This document shows, in pieces, positions 1 to 17,035 of a stretch of 64,000 bases of DNA. How positions within the stretch are numbered: the first letter of the stretch is position 1; each line of letters opens with the position of its first letter. Both the position numbers and the translations under genes were made by a program. The stretch comes from Eledone cirrhosa (Eukaryota). The DNA is taken from positions 7,006,001 through 7,070,000 of the forward strand of contig OZ024745.1 of NCBI GenBank assembly GCA_964016885.1, read 5' to 3'. The notes below the pieces were generated by a model. The model ran no database searches. It saw only the letters and a program-made list of their open reading frames with translations, and had not been told where the DNA came from.

Positions 1-3000
1 ATATATAGTATTGTATAGTCTATATAGTATTATATATAGTATATATAATATTGTATATAGTATATATAGTATTGTATATGGTATATATAGTATTGTATAT
101 GGTATATATATTATTGTATAGTATATATTGTATTGTGTATAGTATATATTGTATTGTGTATAGTATATATAGTATTGTATATAGTATATATAGTATTGTA
201 TATAGTATATATAGTATTGTATATAGTATACATAGTATTGTATATAATATATATAGTATTGTATAGTATATATAGTATTGTATATTATATATAGTATTGT
301 ATAGTATATATAGTAATGTATATAGTATATATAGTATTGTATATAGTATTGTATAGTATATATAGTATATATAGTATTGTATAGTATATATAGTATTGTA
401 TAATATATATAGTATTGTATAGTATATATAGTATTGTATATAGTATTGTATATAGTATAGTATTGTATATAATATATATAGTATTGTATATAGTATATAG
501 TATTGTATATAGTATATTTAGTATTGTATATAATATATATAGTATTGTTTTGTATATATAGTATGTATAGTATATGTAGTATATATAGTATTGTATATAG
601 TATACATAGTATTGTATATAATATATATAGTATTGTATAGTATATATAGTATTGTATAGTATATATAGTATTGTATAGTATATATAGTATTGTATATAGT
701 ATTGTATAGTATATATAGTATATATAGTATTGTATAGTATATATAGTATTGTATAGTATATATAGTATTGTATAGTATATATAGTATTGTATAGTATATA
801 TAGTATTGTATAGTATATATAGTATTGTATATAGTATATAGAGTATTGTATAGTATATTGTATATGTAGTATTGTATAGTATCGTATATATATATATATA
901 TATATATAGTATTGTATGGTATATATATTATTGTATATGGTATATATATTATTGTATATAGTATATATAGTATTGCATAGTATATATAGTATTGCATAGT
1001 ATATATAGTATTGCATAGTATATATAGCATTGTATATTATATATAGGATTGTATATTATATATAGGATTGTATAGTATGTATATTATTGTATATAGTATT
1101 TATAGTATTGTATAGTATATATAGTATTGTATATAGTATATATAGTATTGCACAGTATATATAGTATTGTATATAGTATATATAGTATTGCATAGTACAT
1201 ATAGTATATATAGTATTGTATAGTATATATAGTATTGTATATAGTATATATAGAATTGTATAGTGTATATAGTATTGTATAGTATATATAGTATTGTATA
1301 TAGTATTGTATATCGTATATATAGTATTGTATAATATATATATTGTATTGTATTGTTTATATATTGTATTGTATAGTATATATCGTATTGTATATAGTAT
1401 ATATAATATTGTATAGTATACATAGTATTGTATATAGTATATATAGTATTGTATATAGTATATATAATGTTGTATATAGTATATATAGTGTTGTATATAG
1501 TATATATAGTGTTGTATATAGTATATATAGTGTTGTATATAGTATATATAGTATTGTATATAGTATATATAGTATTGTATAGTATATATAGTATAGTATA
1601 TAATATATATAGTATTCTATAGTATATATAGTATTCTATAGTATATATAGTATTGTATAGTATATATAGTTATGTATATAGTATATATAGTATTGTATAT
1701 AGTATATATAGTATTGTATAATATATATAGTATTGTATAGTATATATAGTATTGTATATAGTATTGTATATAGTATAGTATTGTATATAATATATATAGT
1801 ATTGTATATAGTATATAGTATTGTATATAGTATATTTAGTATTGTATATAATATATATAGTATTGTTTTGTATATATAGTATGTATAGTATATGTAGTAT
1901 ATATAGTATTGTATAGTATATATAGTATTGTAAAGTATATATAGTATTGTATAGTATATATAATATTGTAAAGTATATATAGTATTGTATAGTATATATA
2001 TCATTGTATATAGTATATATAGTATTGCATAGTATATATAGTATTGCATAGTATATATAGTATTGCATAGTATATATAGTATTGCATAGTATATATAGTA
2101 GTGTATATAGTATATATCGTATTGCATAGTATATATAGCATATATAGTATTGTATAGTATATATAGTATTGTATGGTATATATATTATTGTATATAGTAT
2201 ATATAGTATTGCATAGTATTGTATAGTATATATAGGATTGTATAGTATATATAGGATTGTATAGTATATATAGTGTTGTATAGTATATGTAGTATTGTAT
2301 AGTATATATTGTATTGTATAGTATATATATTATTGTATAGTATATATACTATTGTATAGTATATATTGTATTGTATAGTATATATAGTATTGTATATAGT
2401 ATATGTAGTATTGTATATAGTATATGTAGTATTGTATATAGTATATGTAGTATTATATATAGCATATATAGTATTGTATAGTATATATAGTATTGTATAG
2501 TATATATATATATAGTATTGTATAGAGTATATATATATATAGTATTGTATATAATATATATATATATATAGTATTGTATAGAGTATATATATATATAGTA
2601 TTGTATATAATATATATATATATATAGTATTGTATATAGTATATATATATATAGTATTGTATATAGTATATATATATATAGTATTGTATATAGTATATAT
2701 ATATATAGTATTGTAAATAGTATATATATATATAGTATTGTATATAGTATATATATATATAGTATTGTATATAGTATATATATATATAGTATTGTATATA
2801 GTATATATATATATAGTATTGTATATAGTATATATATATAGTATTGTATATAGTATATATATATAGTATTGTATAGTATATATAGTTTTCTTTAGTATAT
2901 ATAGTATTGTATCTAGTATATATATAGTACTGTATATAGTATATATATAGTACTGTATATAGTATATATATATAGTACTGTATATAGTATATATATATAG

Positions 3001-4906
3001 TATTGTATAGTATATATAGTATTGTATAGTATATATAGTATTGTATAGTATATATAGTATAGTATATATATTATTGCATAGTATATATAGTATTGTATAG
3101 TATATATAGTATTGTATAGTATATATAGTATTGTATAGTATATATAGGATTGTATAGTATATATAGTGTTGTATAGTATATATAGTATTGTATACTATAT
3201 ATTGTATTGTATAGTATATATATTATTGTATAGTATATATACTATTGTATAGTACATATTGTATTGTATAGTATATATAGTATTGTATATAGTATATGTA
3301 GTATTGTATATAGTATATGTAGTATTGTATATAGTATATGTAGTATTATATATAGCATATATAGTATTGTATAGTATATATAGTATTGTATAGTATATAT
3401 ATAGTATTGTATAGAGTATATATATATATAGTATTGTATATAATATATATATATATATAGTATTGTATATAGTATATATATATATAGTATTGTATATAGT
3501 ATATATATATATAGTATTGTATATAGTATATATATATATAGTATTGTATATAGTATATATATATATAGTATTGTATATATATATATAGTATTGTATATAG
3601 TATATATATATATAGTATTGTATATAATATATATATATAGTATTGTATATAGTATATATATATAGTATTGTATAGTATATATAGTTTTCTTTAGTATATA
3701 TAGTATTGTATATAGTATATATATAGTACTGTATATAGTATATATATAGTACTGTATATAGTATATATATAGTACTGTATATAGTATATATATAGTACTG
3801 TATATAGTATATATATATAGTATTGTATAGTATATATAGTATTGTATAGTATATATAGTATTGTATAGTATATATAGTATTGTATAGTATATATAGTATT
3901 GTATAGTATATATATTATTGCATAGTATATATAGTATTGTATAGTATATATAGTATTGTATAGTATATATAGTATTGTATAGTATATATAATAGTGTATA
4001 TAGTATATATAATAGTGTATAGTATATATAGGATTGAATAGTATATATAGTATTGTATAGATTTGTATATAGTATCTATAGTATTGTATTTGGTATATAT
4101 AGTATTTTATTTGGTATATATATTATTGTATATAGTATTTATAGTATTGTATATAGTATATATTGTATTGTATATAGTATATATTGTATTGTATATAGTA
4201 TATATTGTATTGTATATTGTATATATAGTATTGTATATAGTATGTATTGTATATTGTATATATAGTATTGTATATTGTATATATAGTATTGTATATAGTA
4301 TATATGGTATTGCATAATATATATGGTATTGCATAGTATATATAATATTGCATAGTATATATAATATTGCATAGTATATATAGTATTGCATAGTATATAT
4401 AGTATTGCATAGTATATATAGTATTTATATAGTATTTATATAGTATATATAGTATTGCATAGTATATATAGTATTGCATAGTATTGTATAGTATATATAG
4501 TATTGTATAGTATATATAGTATTGTATAGTATATATAGTATTGTATAGTATATATAGTATTGTATAGTATATATAGTATTGTATAGTATATATAGTATTG
4601 TATAGTATATATAGTATTGTATAGTATATATAGTATCGTATATTATATATGATATTGTATAGTATATATTGTACTTTATATTATATATAGTATTGTATAG
4701 TATATATAGTATTGTATAGTATATATAGTAGTGTTTAGTATATATAGTAGTGTATATAGTATATATAATAGTGTATAGTATATATAGTATTGTATATAGT
4801 ATATATAATAGTGTATAGTATATATAGTATTGTATAGTATATATAGGATTGAATAGTATATATAGTATTGTATAGAATTGTATATAGTATATAAAGTATT
4901 GTATAG

Positions 4907-4964
4907 AGTTTTCCTTCTCCTAGAATTCTGCCTTGACAAAGGCTAAGGGGTCATCTCTCCCAGC
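4907..4964. repeat. 58-bp non-satellite island A, copy 1 (probable interspersed-repeat fragment)
   Basis: AGTTTTCCTTCTCCTAGAATTCTGCCTTGACAAAGGCTAAGGGGTCATCTCTCCCAGC embedded in the satellite; recurs four times. Confidence 0.92.
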
Positions 4965-7900
4965 ATAGTATATATAGTATTGTATATAGTATTGCATAGT
5001 ATATTTAGCATATATAGTATTGTATAGTATATATAGTATTGTATAGTGTATATAGTATCTTATAGTATATATAGTATCATATAGTATATATAGTATAATA
5101 TAGTATATATAGTATTCTATACAATATATATAGTATTTTATAGTTTATATAGTATTCTATATAGTATATATAGTATTCTATATAATATATATAGTATTTT
5201 ATATTATATATAGTATTGCATAGTATATATAGTATTTTATAGTATATATAGTATTGTATCGTATATATAGTATTGTATCGTATATATAGTATTGTATAGT
5301 ATATATAGTATTGTATAGTATATATAATATTGTATATAGTATATATAGTGTTGCATACTATATATAGTATTGTATATAGTATATATAGTATTCTATATAA
5401 TATATATAGTATTGTATAGTATATATAGTATTGTATAGTATATATAGTATTGTATAGTATATATAGTATTGTATAGTATATATAGTATTGTATAGTATAT
5501 ATAGTATTGTATAGTATATATAGTATTGTATAGTATATATAGTATTGTATATGGTATATATAGTATTGTATATGGTATATATAGTATTGTATATAGTATA
5601 TATAGTATTGTATATAGTATATATAGTATTGTATATAGTATATATAGTATTGTATATAGTATATATAGTATTGTATAGTATATATAGTATTGTATATAGT
5701 ATATATAGTATATAGAGTATTGTATATAGTATATATAGTATTGCATACTATATATAGTATTGTATAATATATATAGTATTTTTTATAGTATATATAGTAT
5801 TGTATAGTACTGTATAGTATATATAGTATTGTATAGTATATATAGTATTGTATAGTATATATAGTATTGTATAGTATATATAGTATTGTATAGTATATAT
5901 AGTATTGTATAGTATATATAGTATTGTATAGTATATATAGTATTGTATAGTATATATAGTATTGTATAATATTGTATAGTATATATAGTATTGTATATAG
6001 TATATATAGTATTGTATACTATATATATTATATACTGTATATATATAGTATTGTATAGTATATATATAGTATTGTATAGTATATATATAGTATTGTATAG
6101 TATATATATAGTATTGTATAGTATATATATAGTATTGTATAGTATATATATAGTATTGTATAGTATATATATAGTATTGTATAGTATATATATAGTATTG
6201 TATAGTATATATATAGTATTGTATAGTACATATAGTATAGTATAATACATATAGTATTGCATAGTATATATAGTATTGTATAGTATATATTGTATTGTAT
6301 AGTATATATTGTATTGTATAGTATATATAGTATTGTATAGTATATATAGTATTGTATAGTATATATAGTATTGTATAGTATATATAGTATTGTATAGTAT
6401 ATATAGTATTGTATAGTATATAGCATTGTATAGTATATATAGTATTGTATAGTATATAGTGTATTGCATAGTATATAGAGTATTGTATAGTATATAGAGT
6501 ATTGTATAGTATATAGAGTATTGTATAGTATATATAGTATTGTATATAGTATATATAGTATTGTATATAGTATATATAGTATTGTATACTATATATATTA
6601 TATACTGTATATATAGCATTGTATAGTATATATATATAGTATTGTATAGTATATATATATAGTATTGTATAGTATATATATAGTATTGTATAGCATATAT
6701 ATAGTATTGTATAGTATATATATAGTATTGTATAGTATATATATAGTATTGTATAGTATATATATATAGTATTGTATAGTATATATATAGTATTGTATAG
6801 TATATATATAGTATTGTATAGTATATATATAGTATTGTATAGTATATATATAGTATTGTATAGTATATATATAGTATTGTATAGTATATATATATAGTAT
6901 TGTATAGTATATATATAGTATTGTATAGTATATATATAGTATTGTATAGTACATATAGTATTGTATAATACATATAGTATTTTATAGTATATATAATATT
7001 GTATATAGTATATATATTATTGTATATAGTATATATAGTATTGTATATAGTATATATAGTATTGTATATAGTATATATAGTATTGTATATAGTATATATA
7101 GTATTGTATATAGTATATATAGTATTGTATATAGTATATATAGTATTGTATATAGTATATATAGTATTGTATGTAGTATATATAGAATTGTATAGTGTAT
7201 ATAGTATTGTATAGTATATATAGTATTGTATATAGTATTGTATATCGTATATATAGTATTGTATAATATATATATTGTATTGTATAGTATATATATTGTA
7301 TTGTATAGTATATATCGTATTGTATATAGTATATATAATATTGTATAGTATACACAGTATTGTATATAGTATATCTCATTGTATATTATATAAGTATTTT
7401 ATAGTATATAAAGTATTTTATAGTATATATAGTATTGTATTGTATATATAGTATTGTATATAGTATATATAGTATTGTACAGTATATATAGTATTTATAT
7501 AGTATATATAGTATTGCATAGTATATATATAATATTTTATAGTATATATAGGATTGTATATAGTATATATAATATTGTATATAGTATATATAGTATATAT
7601 AGTATAGTGTATAGTATTTACATCGTATTGTATAGTACATATAGTATTGTATATTATATATAGTATTGTATAGTATATATAGTATTGTATAGTATATATA
7701 GTATTGTGTATAGTATATATAGTATTGTATATAGTATATATAGTATTGTATATAGTATATATAGTATTGTATAGTATATATAGTATTGTATAGTATATAT
7801 AGTATTGTATAGTATATATAGAATTGTATATAGTATATATAGTATTGTATAGTATATATAGTGCTATATACTATATATAGTATTGTATAGTATATATAGT

Positions 7901-10900
7901 ATTGTATAGTATATATAGTATTGTATAGTATATATAGTATTGTATATAGTATATATAGTATTGTATATAGTATATATAGTATTGTATATAGTATATATAG
8001 TATTGTATATAGTATATATAGTATTGTATATAGTATATATAGGATTGTATATAGTATATATAGTATTGTATATAGTATATATAGTATTGTATATAGTATA
8101 TATAGTATTGTATATAGTATATATAGGATTGTATAGTATATATAGTATTGTATATAGTATTGTATAGTATTGTATATAGTATTCTATAGTATATATAGTA
8201 TTGTATAGTATTGAATATAGTATATATTGTATTGTATATAGCATATATAGTATTGTATAGTCTATATAGTATTATACATAGTCTATATAGTATTATACAT
8301 AGTCTATATAGTATTATATATAGTATATATAATATTGTATATAGTATATATACTATTGTATATGCTATATATAGTATTGTATATGGTATACATAGTATTG
8401 TATATAATATATATAATATTGTATAGTATATATAGTATTGTATAGTATATATAGTATTGTATAGTATATATAGTATTGTATAGTATATATAGCATTGTAT
8501 AGTATATATAGTATTGTATAGTATATATAGTATTGTATAGTATATATAGTATTGTATAGTATATATAGTATTGTATAGTATATATAGTATTGTATAGTAT
8601 ATATAGCATTGTCTCGTATATATAGCATTGTATAATATATTTAGTATTGTATATAGTATATATAGTATTGTATATAGTATATATAGTATTGTATATAGTA
8701 TATATAGTATTGTATAATATATATAGTATTGTATAATATATATAGTATTGTATATAGTATATATAATATTGTATATAGTATATATAGTATTGTATATAGT
8801 ATATATAGTATTGTATATAGTATATATAGTATTGTATATAGTATATATAGTATTGTATAGTATATATAGTATTGTATAGTATATATAGTATTGTATAGTA
8901 TATATAGTATTGTATAGTATATATAGTATTGTATAGTATATATAGTATTGTATAGTATATATAGTATTGTATAGTATATATAGTATTGTATAGTATATAT
9001 AGTATTGTATAGTATATATAGCATTGTATAGTATATATAGTATTGTATAGTATATATAGTATTGTATAGTTTATATAGTATTGTATAGTATATATAGTAT
9101 TGTATATAGTATATATAGTATTGTATAGTATATATAGTATTGTATAGTATGTATAGTATTGTATAGTATATATAGTATTGTATAGTATATATAGTATTGT
9201 ATAGTATATATAGTATTGTATAGTATATAGTGTATTGTATAGTATATAGTGTATTGTATATTATATAGTGTATTGTATAGTATATATTGTATTGTATAGT
9301 ATATATTGTATTGTATAGTATATATTGTATTGTATACTATATATAGTATTATATACTATATATAGTATTATATACTATATATAGTATTGTATACTATATA
9401 TAGTATTGTATACTATATATAGTATTGTATACTATATATAGTATTGTATACTATATATAGTATTGTACAGTATATATAGTATTGTATAATATATATAGTA
9501 TTGTATATTATATATAGTATTGTATAGTATATATAGTATTGTATAGTATAGATAGTATTGTATATGGTATATATAGTATTGTATAGAGTATATATAGTAT
9601 TGTATAGAGTATATATAGTATTGTATAGAGTATATATAGTATTGTATAGAGTATATATAGTATTGTATAGTGTATATATAGTATTGTATAGAGTATATAT
9701 AGTATTGTATAGAGTATATATAGTATTGTATAGAGTATATATAGTATTGTATATAGTATATATAGTATTGTATATAGAATATATAGTATTGTATATAGAA
9801 TATATAGTATTGTATAGTATATATAGTATTGTATATAGTATTGTATATAGAATATATAGTATTGTATATAGAATATATAGTATTGTATATAGAATATATA
9901 GTATTGTATATAGAATATATAGTATTGTATATAGAATATATAGTATTGTATATAGAATATATAGTATTGTATATAGAATATATAGTATTGTATATAGAAT
10001 ATATAGTATTGTATATAGAATATATAGTATTGTATATAGAATATATAGTATTGTATATAGAATATATAGTATTGTAAATAGAATATATAGTATTGCATAT
10101 AGTATATATTGTATTGTATCGTATATATAGTATTGTATATAATATATATAGTATTGTATATAGTATATATAGTATTGTATATAGTATATATAGTATTGTA
10201 TAGTATATATAGTATTGTATAGTATATATATATATAGTATTGTATAGTATATATATATTGTATTGTATAGTATATATATATTGTATTGTATAGTATATAT
10301 ATATTGTATTGTATAGTATATATATATTGTATTGTATAGTATATATATATTGTATTGTATAGTATATATATATTGTATTGTATAGTATATATAGTATTGT
10401 ATAGTATATATATATATAGTATTGTATAGTATATATAGTATTGTATAGTATATATAGTAGTGTATATAGTATATATAATAGTGTATAGTATATATAGTAT
10501 TGTATATAGTAGTGTATAGTATATATAGGATTGAATAGTATATATAGTATTGTATAGAATTGTATATAGTATATATAGTATTGTATTTGGTATATATAGT
10601 ATTGTATTTGGTAAATATATTATTGTATATAGTATTTATAGTATTGTATATAGTATATATTGTATTGTATATAGTATATATTGTATTGTATATAGTATAT
10701 ATTGTATTGTATATAGTATATATTGTATTGTATATAGTATATATTGTATTGTATATTGTATATATTGTATTGTATATTGTATGTATTGTATATTGTATAT
10801 ATAGTATTGTATATTGTATATATAGTATTGTATATAGTATATATGGTATTGCATAGTATATATAATATTGCATAGTATATATAATATTGCATAGTATATA

Positions 10901-11320
10901 TAGTATTGCATAGTATATATAGTATTTATATAGTATATATAGTATTGCATAGTATATATGGTATAGCATAGTATATATAGTATTGCATAGTATTGTATAG
11001 TATATATAGTATTGTATAGTATATATAGTATCGTATAGTATATATAATATTGTATAGTATATATTGTACTTTATATTATATATAGTATTGTATAGTATAT
11101 ATAGTATTGTATAGTATATATAGTATTGTATAGTATATATAGTATTGTATAGTATATAGAGTAGTGTATAGTATATATAGTAGTGTATATAGTATATATA
11201 GTATTGTATATAGTATATATAATAGTGTATAGTATATATAGTATTGTATAGTATATATAGGATTGAATAGTATATATAGTATTGTATAGAATTGTATATA
11301 GTATATAAAGTATTGTATAG

Positions 11321-11378
11321 AGTTTTCCTTCTCCTAGAATTCTGCCTTGACAAAGGCTAAGGGGTCATCTCTCCCAGC
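11321..11378. repeat. 58-bp island A, copy 2
   Basis: Identical to copy 1 with matching flanks; offset 6414 bp. Confidence 0.92.
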
Positions 11379-14300
11379 ATAGTATATATAGTATTGTATA
11401 TAGTATAGCATAGTATATTTAGCATATATAGTATTGTATAGTATATATAGTATTGTATAGTGTATATAGTATCATATAGTATATATAGTATCATATAGTA
11501 TATATAGTATCATATAGTATATATAGTATAATATAGTATATATAGTATTCTATACAATATATATAGTATTTTATAGTTTATATAGTATTCTATATAGTAT
11601 ATATAGTATTCTATATAATATATATAGTATTGCATAGTATATATAGTATCGTATATAATATATATAGTATTTTATAGTATATATAGTATTGTATCGTATA
11701 TATAGTATTGTATCGTATATATAGTATTGTATAGTATATATAGTATTGTATAGTATATATAATATTGTATATAGTATATATAGTGTTGCATACTATATAT
11801 AATATTGTATATAGTATATATAGTGTTGCATACTATATATAGTATTGTATATAGTATATATAGTATTCTATATAATATATATAGTATTGTATAGTATATA
11901 TAGTATTCTATAGTATATATAGTATTGTATAGTATATATAGTATTGTATAGTATATATAGTATTGTATAGTATATATAGTATTCTATAGTATATATAGTA
12001 TTGTATAGTATATATAGTATTGTATATAGTATATATAGTATTGTATATAGTATATATAGTATTGTATATAGTATATATAGTATTGTATATAGTATATATA
12101 GTATTGTATATAGTATATATAGTATTGTATAGTATATATAGTATTGTATATAGTATATATAGTACTGTATAGTATATAGAGTATTGTATATAGTATATAT
12201 AGTATTGCATACTATATATAGTATTGTATAATATATATAGTATTTTTTATAGTATATATAGTATTGTATAGTACTGTATAGTATATATAGTATTGTATAG
12301 TATATATAGTATTGTATAGTATATATAGTATTGTATAGTATATATAGTATTGTATAGTATTGTATAGTATATATAGTATTGTATAGTATATATATTATTG
12401 TATAGTATTGTATAGTATATATAGTATTGTATAGTATTGTATAGTATATATAGTATTGTATAGTATATATAGTATTGTATAGTATATATAGTATTGTATA
12501 CTATATATATTATATACTGTATATATAGTATTGTATAGTATATATATAGTATTGTATAGTATATATATAGTATTGTATAGTATATATATAGTATTGTATA
12601 GTATATATATAGTATTGTATAGTATATATATAGTATTGTATAGTATATATATAGTATTGTATAGTATATATATAGTATTGTATAGTATATATATAGTATT
12701 GTATAGTACATATAGTATAGTATAATACATATAGTATTGCATAGTATATATAGTATTGTATAGTATATATTGTATTGTATAGTATATATTGTATTGTATA
12801 GTATATATTGTATTGTATAGTATATATAGTATTGTATAGTATATATAGTATTGTATAGTATATATAGTATTGTATAGTATATAGTATTGTATAGTATATA
12901 GCATTGTATAGTATATAGTGTATTGTATAGTATATAGAGTATCGTATAGTATATAGAGTATCGTATAGTATATAGAGTATTGTATAGTATATAGAGTATT
13001 GTATAGTATATATAGTATTGTATATAGTATATATAATATTGTATACTATATATATTATATACTGTATATATAGCATTGTATAGTATATATATATAGTATT
13101 GTATAGTATATATATATAGTATTGTATAGTATATATATATAGTATTGTATAGTATATATATATAGTATTGTATAGTATATATATAGTATTGTATAGTATA
13201 TATATAGTATTGTATAGTATATATATAGTATTGTATAGTATATATATAGTATTGTATAGTATATATATATAGTATTGTATAGTATATATATATAGTATTG
13301 TATAGTATATATATATAGTATTGTATAGTATATATATAGTATTGTATAGTATATATATAGTATTGTATAGTATATATATAGTATTGTATAGTATATATAT
13401 AGTATTGTATAGTATATATATAGTATTGTATAGTATATATATAGTATTGTATAGTATATATATAGTATTGTATAGTATATATATAGTATTGTATAGTACA
13501 TATAGTATAGTATAATACATATAGTATTGCATAGTATATATAGTATTGTATAGTATATATTGTATTGTATAGTATATATTGTATTGTATAGTATATATAG
13601 TATTGTATAGTATATATAGTATTGTATAGTATATATAGTATTGTATAGTATATATAGTATTGTATAGTATATATAGTATTGTATAGTATATATAGTATTG
13701 TATAGTATATAGTATTGTATAGTATATAGCATTGTATAGTATATATAGTATTGTATAGTATATATAGTATTGTATAGTATATAGTGTATTGTATAGTATA
13801 TAGAGTATTGTATAGTATATAGAGTATTGTATAGTATATAGAGTATTGTATATTATATATAGTATTGTATATAGTATATATAATATTGTATACTATATAT
13901 ATTATATACTGTATATATAGCATTGTATAGTATATATATATAGTATTGTATAGTATATATATATAGTATTGTATAGTATATATATATAGTATTGTATAGT
14001 ATATATATATAGTATTGTATAGTATATATATATAGTATTGTATAGTATATATATATAGTATTGTATAGTATATATATATAGTATTGTATAGTATATATAT
14101 ATTGTATAGTATATATATATAGTATTGTATAGTATATATATATAGTATTGTATAGTATATATATAGTATTGTATAGTATATATATAGTATTGTATAGTAT
14201 ATATATTGTATTGTATAGTATATATATAGTATTGTATAGTATATATATAGTATTGTATAGTATATATATATAGTATTGTATAGTATATATATATAGTATT

Positions 14301-16849
14301 GTATAGTATATATATAGTATTGTATAGTATATATATAGTATTGTATAGTATATATATAGTATTGTATAGTATATATATAGTATTGTATAGTATATATAGT
14401 ATTGTATAGTATATATAGTATTGTATATAGTATATATAGTATTGTATATAGTATATATAGTATTGTATATAGTATATATAGTATTGTATATAGTATATAT
14501 AGTATTGTATATAGTATATATAGTATTGTATATAGTATATATAGTATTGTATTTGGTATATTATTGTATATAGTATATATAGTATGTATTGTATTGTATA
14601 TAGTATATATTGTATTGTATATAGTATATATAGTATTGCATAGTATATATAGTATTGTATAGTATATATAAGATTGTATATAGTATATATAGTATTGCAT
14701 ATAGTATATATAGTATTGTATAAAGTATATATAGTATTGTATATAGTATATATAGTATTGTATATAGTATATATAGTATTGTATATAGTATATATAGTAT
14801 TGTATATAGTATATATAGTATTGTATATAGTATATATAGTATTGTATATAGTATATATAGTATTGTATATAGTATATATAGTATTGTATATAGTATATAT
14901 AGTATAGTATATATAGTATTGTATATAGTATTGTATATACTATATATAGTATTGAATATAGTATATATAGTATTGAATATAGTATATATAGTATTGTATA
15001 GTATATATAGTATTGTATATTATATATAGTATTTATATAGTGTATATAGTATTGTATAGTATATATAGTATTGTATAGTATATACAGTATTGTATAGTAT
15101 ATACAGTATTGCATAGTATATATAGTATTGTATAGTATATATAGTATTGTATAGTATATATAGTATTGTATAGTATATATAGTATTGTATAGTATATATA
15201 GTATTGTATATAGTATTGTATGTAGTATATATAATATTGCATAGTATATATGGTATTGTATAGTATATATTGTATAGTATATATTGTATAGTATATATAG
15301 TATTGTATATATTATATATAGTATTATATATAGTATATATAGTATTGCATAGTATTTATAGTATTGTATAGTATATATAGTATTGTATACTATATATAGT
15401 ATTGTATACTATATATAGTATTGTATACTATATATAGTATTGTATACTATATATAGTATTGTATACTATATATAGTATTGTATACTATATATAGTATTGT
15501 ATACTATATATAGTATTGTATACTATATATAGTATTGTATAGTATATATAGTATTGTATAGTATATATAGTATTGTATAGTATATATAGTATTGTATAGT
15601 ATATATATAGTATTGTATAGTATATATATAGTATTGTATAGTATATATAGTATTGTATAGTATATATAGTATTGTATAGTATATATAGTATTGTATAGTA
15701 TATATAGCATTGTCTCGTATATATAGCATTGTATAATATATTTAGTATTGTATATAGTATATATAGTATTGTATGATATATATAGTATTGTATATAGTAT
15801 ATATAGTATTGTATATAGTATATATAGTATTGTATATAGTATATATAGTATTGTATATAGTATATATAGTATTGTATATAGTATATATAGTATTGTATAT
15901 AGTATATATAGTATTGTATATAGTATATATAGTATTGTATATAGTATATATAGTATTGTATATAGTATATATAGTATTGTATAGTATATATAGTATTGTA
16001 TAGTATATATAGTATTGTATAGTATATATAGTATTGTATAGTATATATAGTATTGTATAGTATATATAGTATTGTATAGTATATATAGTATTGTAGAGTA
16101 TATATAGGATTGTATAGTATATATAGGATTGTATATAGTATATATAGGATTGTATATAGTATATATAGGATCGTATATAGTATATATAGGATTGTATATA
16201 GTATATATAGTATTGTATATAGTATATATAGTATTGTATATAGTATATTTAGTATTGTATATAGTATATTTAGTATTGTATATAGTATATATAGTATTGT
16301 ATATAGTATATATAGTATTGTATATAGTATATATAGTATTGTATATAGTATATATAGTATTGTATATAGTATATATAATATTGTATAGTATATATAGTAT
16401 TGTATAGTATATATTGTATTGTATAGTATATATTGTATTGTATAGTATATATTGTATTGTATAGTATATATAGTATTGTACAGTATATATAGTATTGTAT
16501 AGTATATATAGTATTGTATAGTATATATAGTATTGTATAGTATATATAGTATTGTATAGTATAGATAGTATTGTATAGTATAGATAGTATTGTATATTAT
16601 ATATATAGTATTGTATATAGTATATATAGTATTGTATATAGTATATATAGTATTGTATATAGTATTGTATATAGTAAATATAGTATTGTATATAGTAAAT
16701 ATAGTATTGTATATAGTATATATAGTATTGTATATAGTATATATAGTATTGTATATAGTATATATAGTATTGTATATAGTATATATAGTATTGTATATAG
16801 TATATATAGTATTGTATATAGTATATATAGTATTGTATAGTATATATAG

Positions 16850-17035
16850 TTGTTTCTACTTTAGGCACAAGGCCAGCAAATTACACAGTGTATTACTGGT
16901 ACTTTATTTTATCGACCCCGTAAGGATGAATGGCAAAGTTAACCCCGGCGGGATTTGATCTCAGAATAGCAAGGGCCGTAACTCTATGCTTCAAAGCATG
17001 GCGTCCGACTCTCTACCAATACTGCTAATCCACCG
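16850..17035 (-). mobile_element. tRNA-derived SINE (186 bp) embedded in the satellite, copy 1
   Basis: Minus strand has an A-box-like TAGCAGTATTGG, a B-box-like GAGATCAAATCCC, the core CTTTGCCATTCATCCTTACGGGGTCGATAAAATAAAGTACCAG and the 3' end CCTTGTGCCTAAAGTAGAAACAA. Homologous dispersed copies lie at 51231 and 61375. Confidence 0.88.

Noticed and set aside
16850-17035. tRNA gene, or short ORFs such as MPKVETT and KYGGLAVLVESRTPCFEA
   Set aside because: Only A/B-box-like motifs in a SINE head are present and I could not fold a cloverleaf. The peptides are incidental SINE-satellite read-through.
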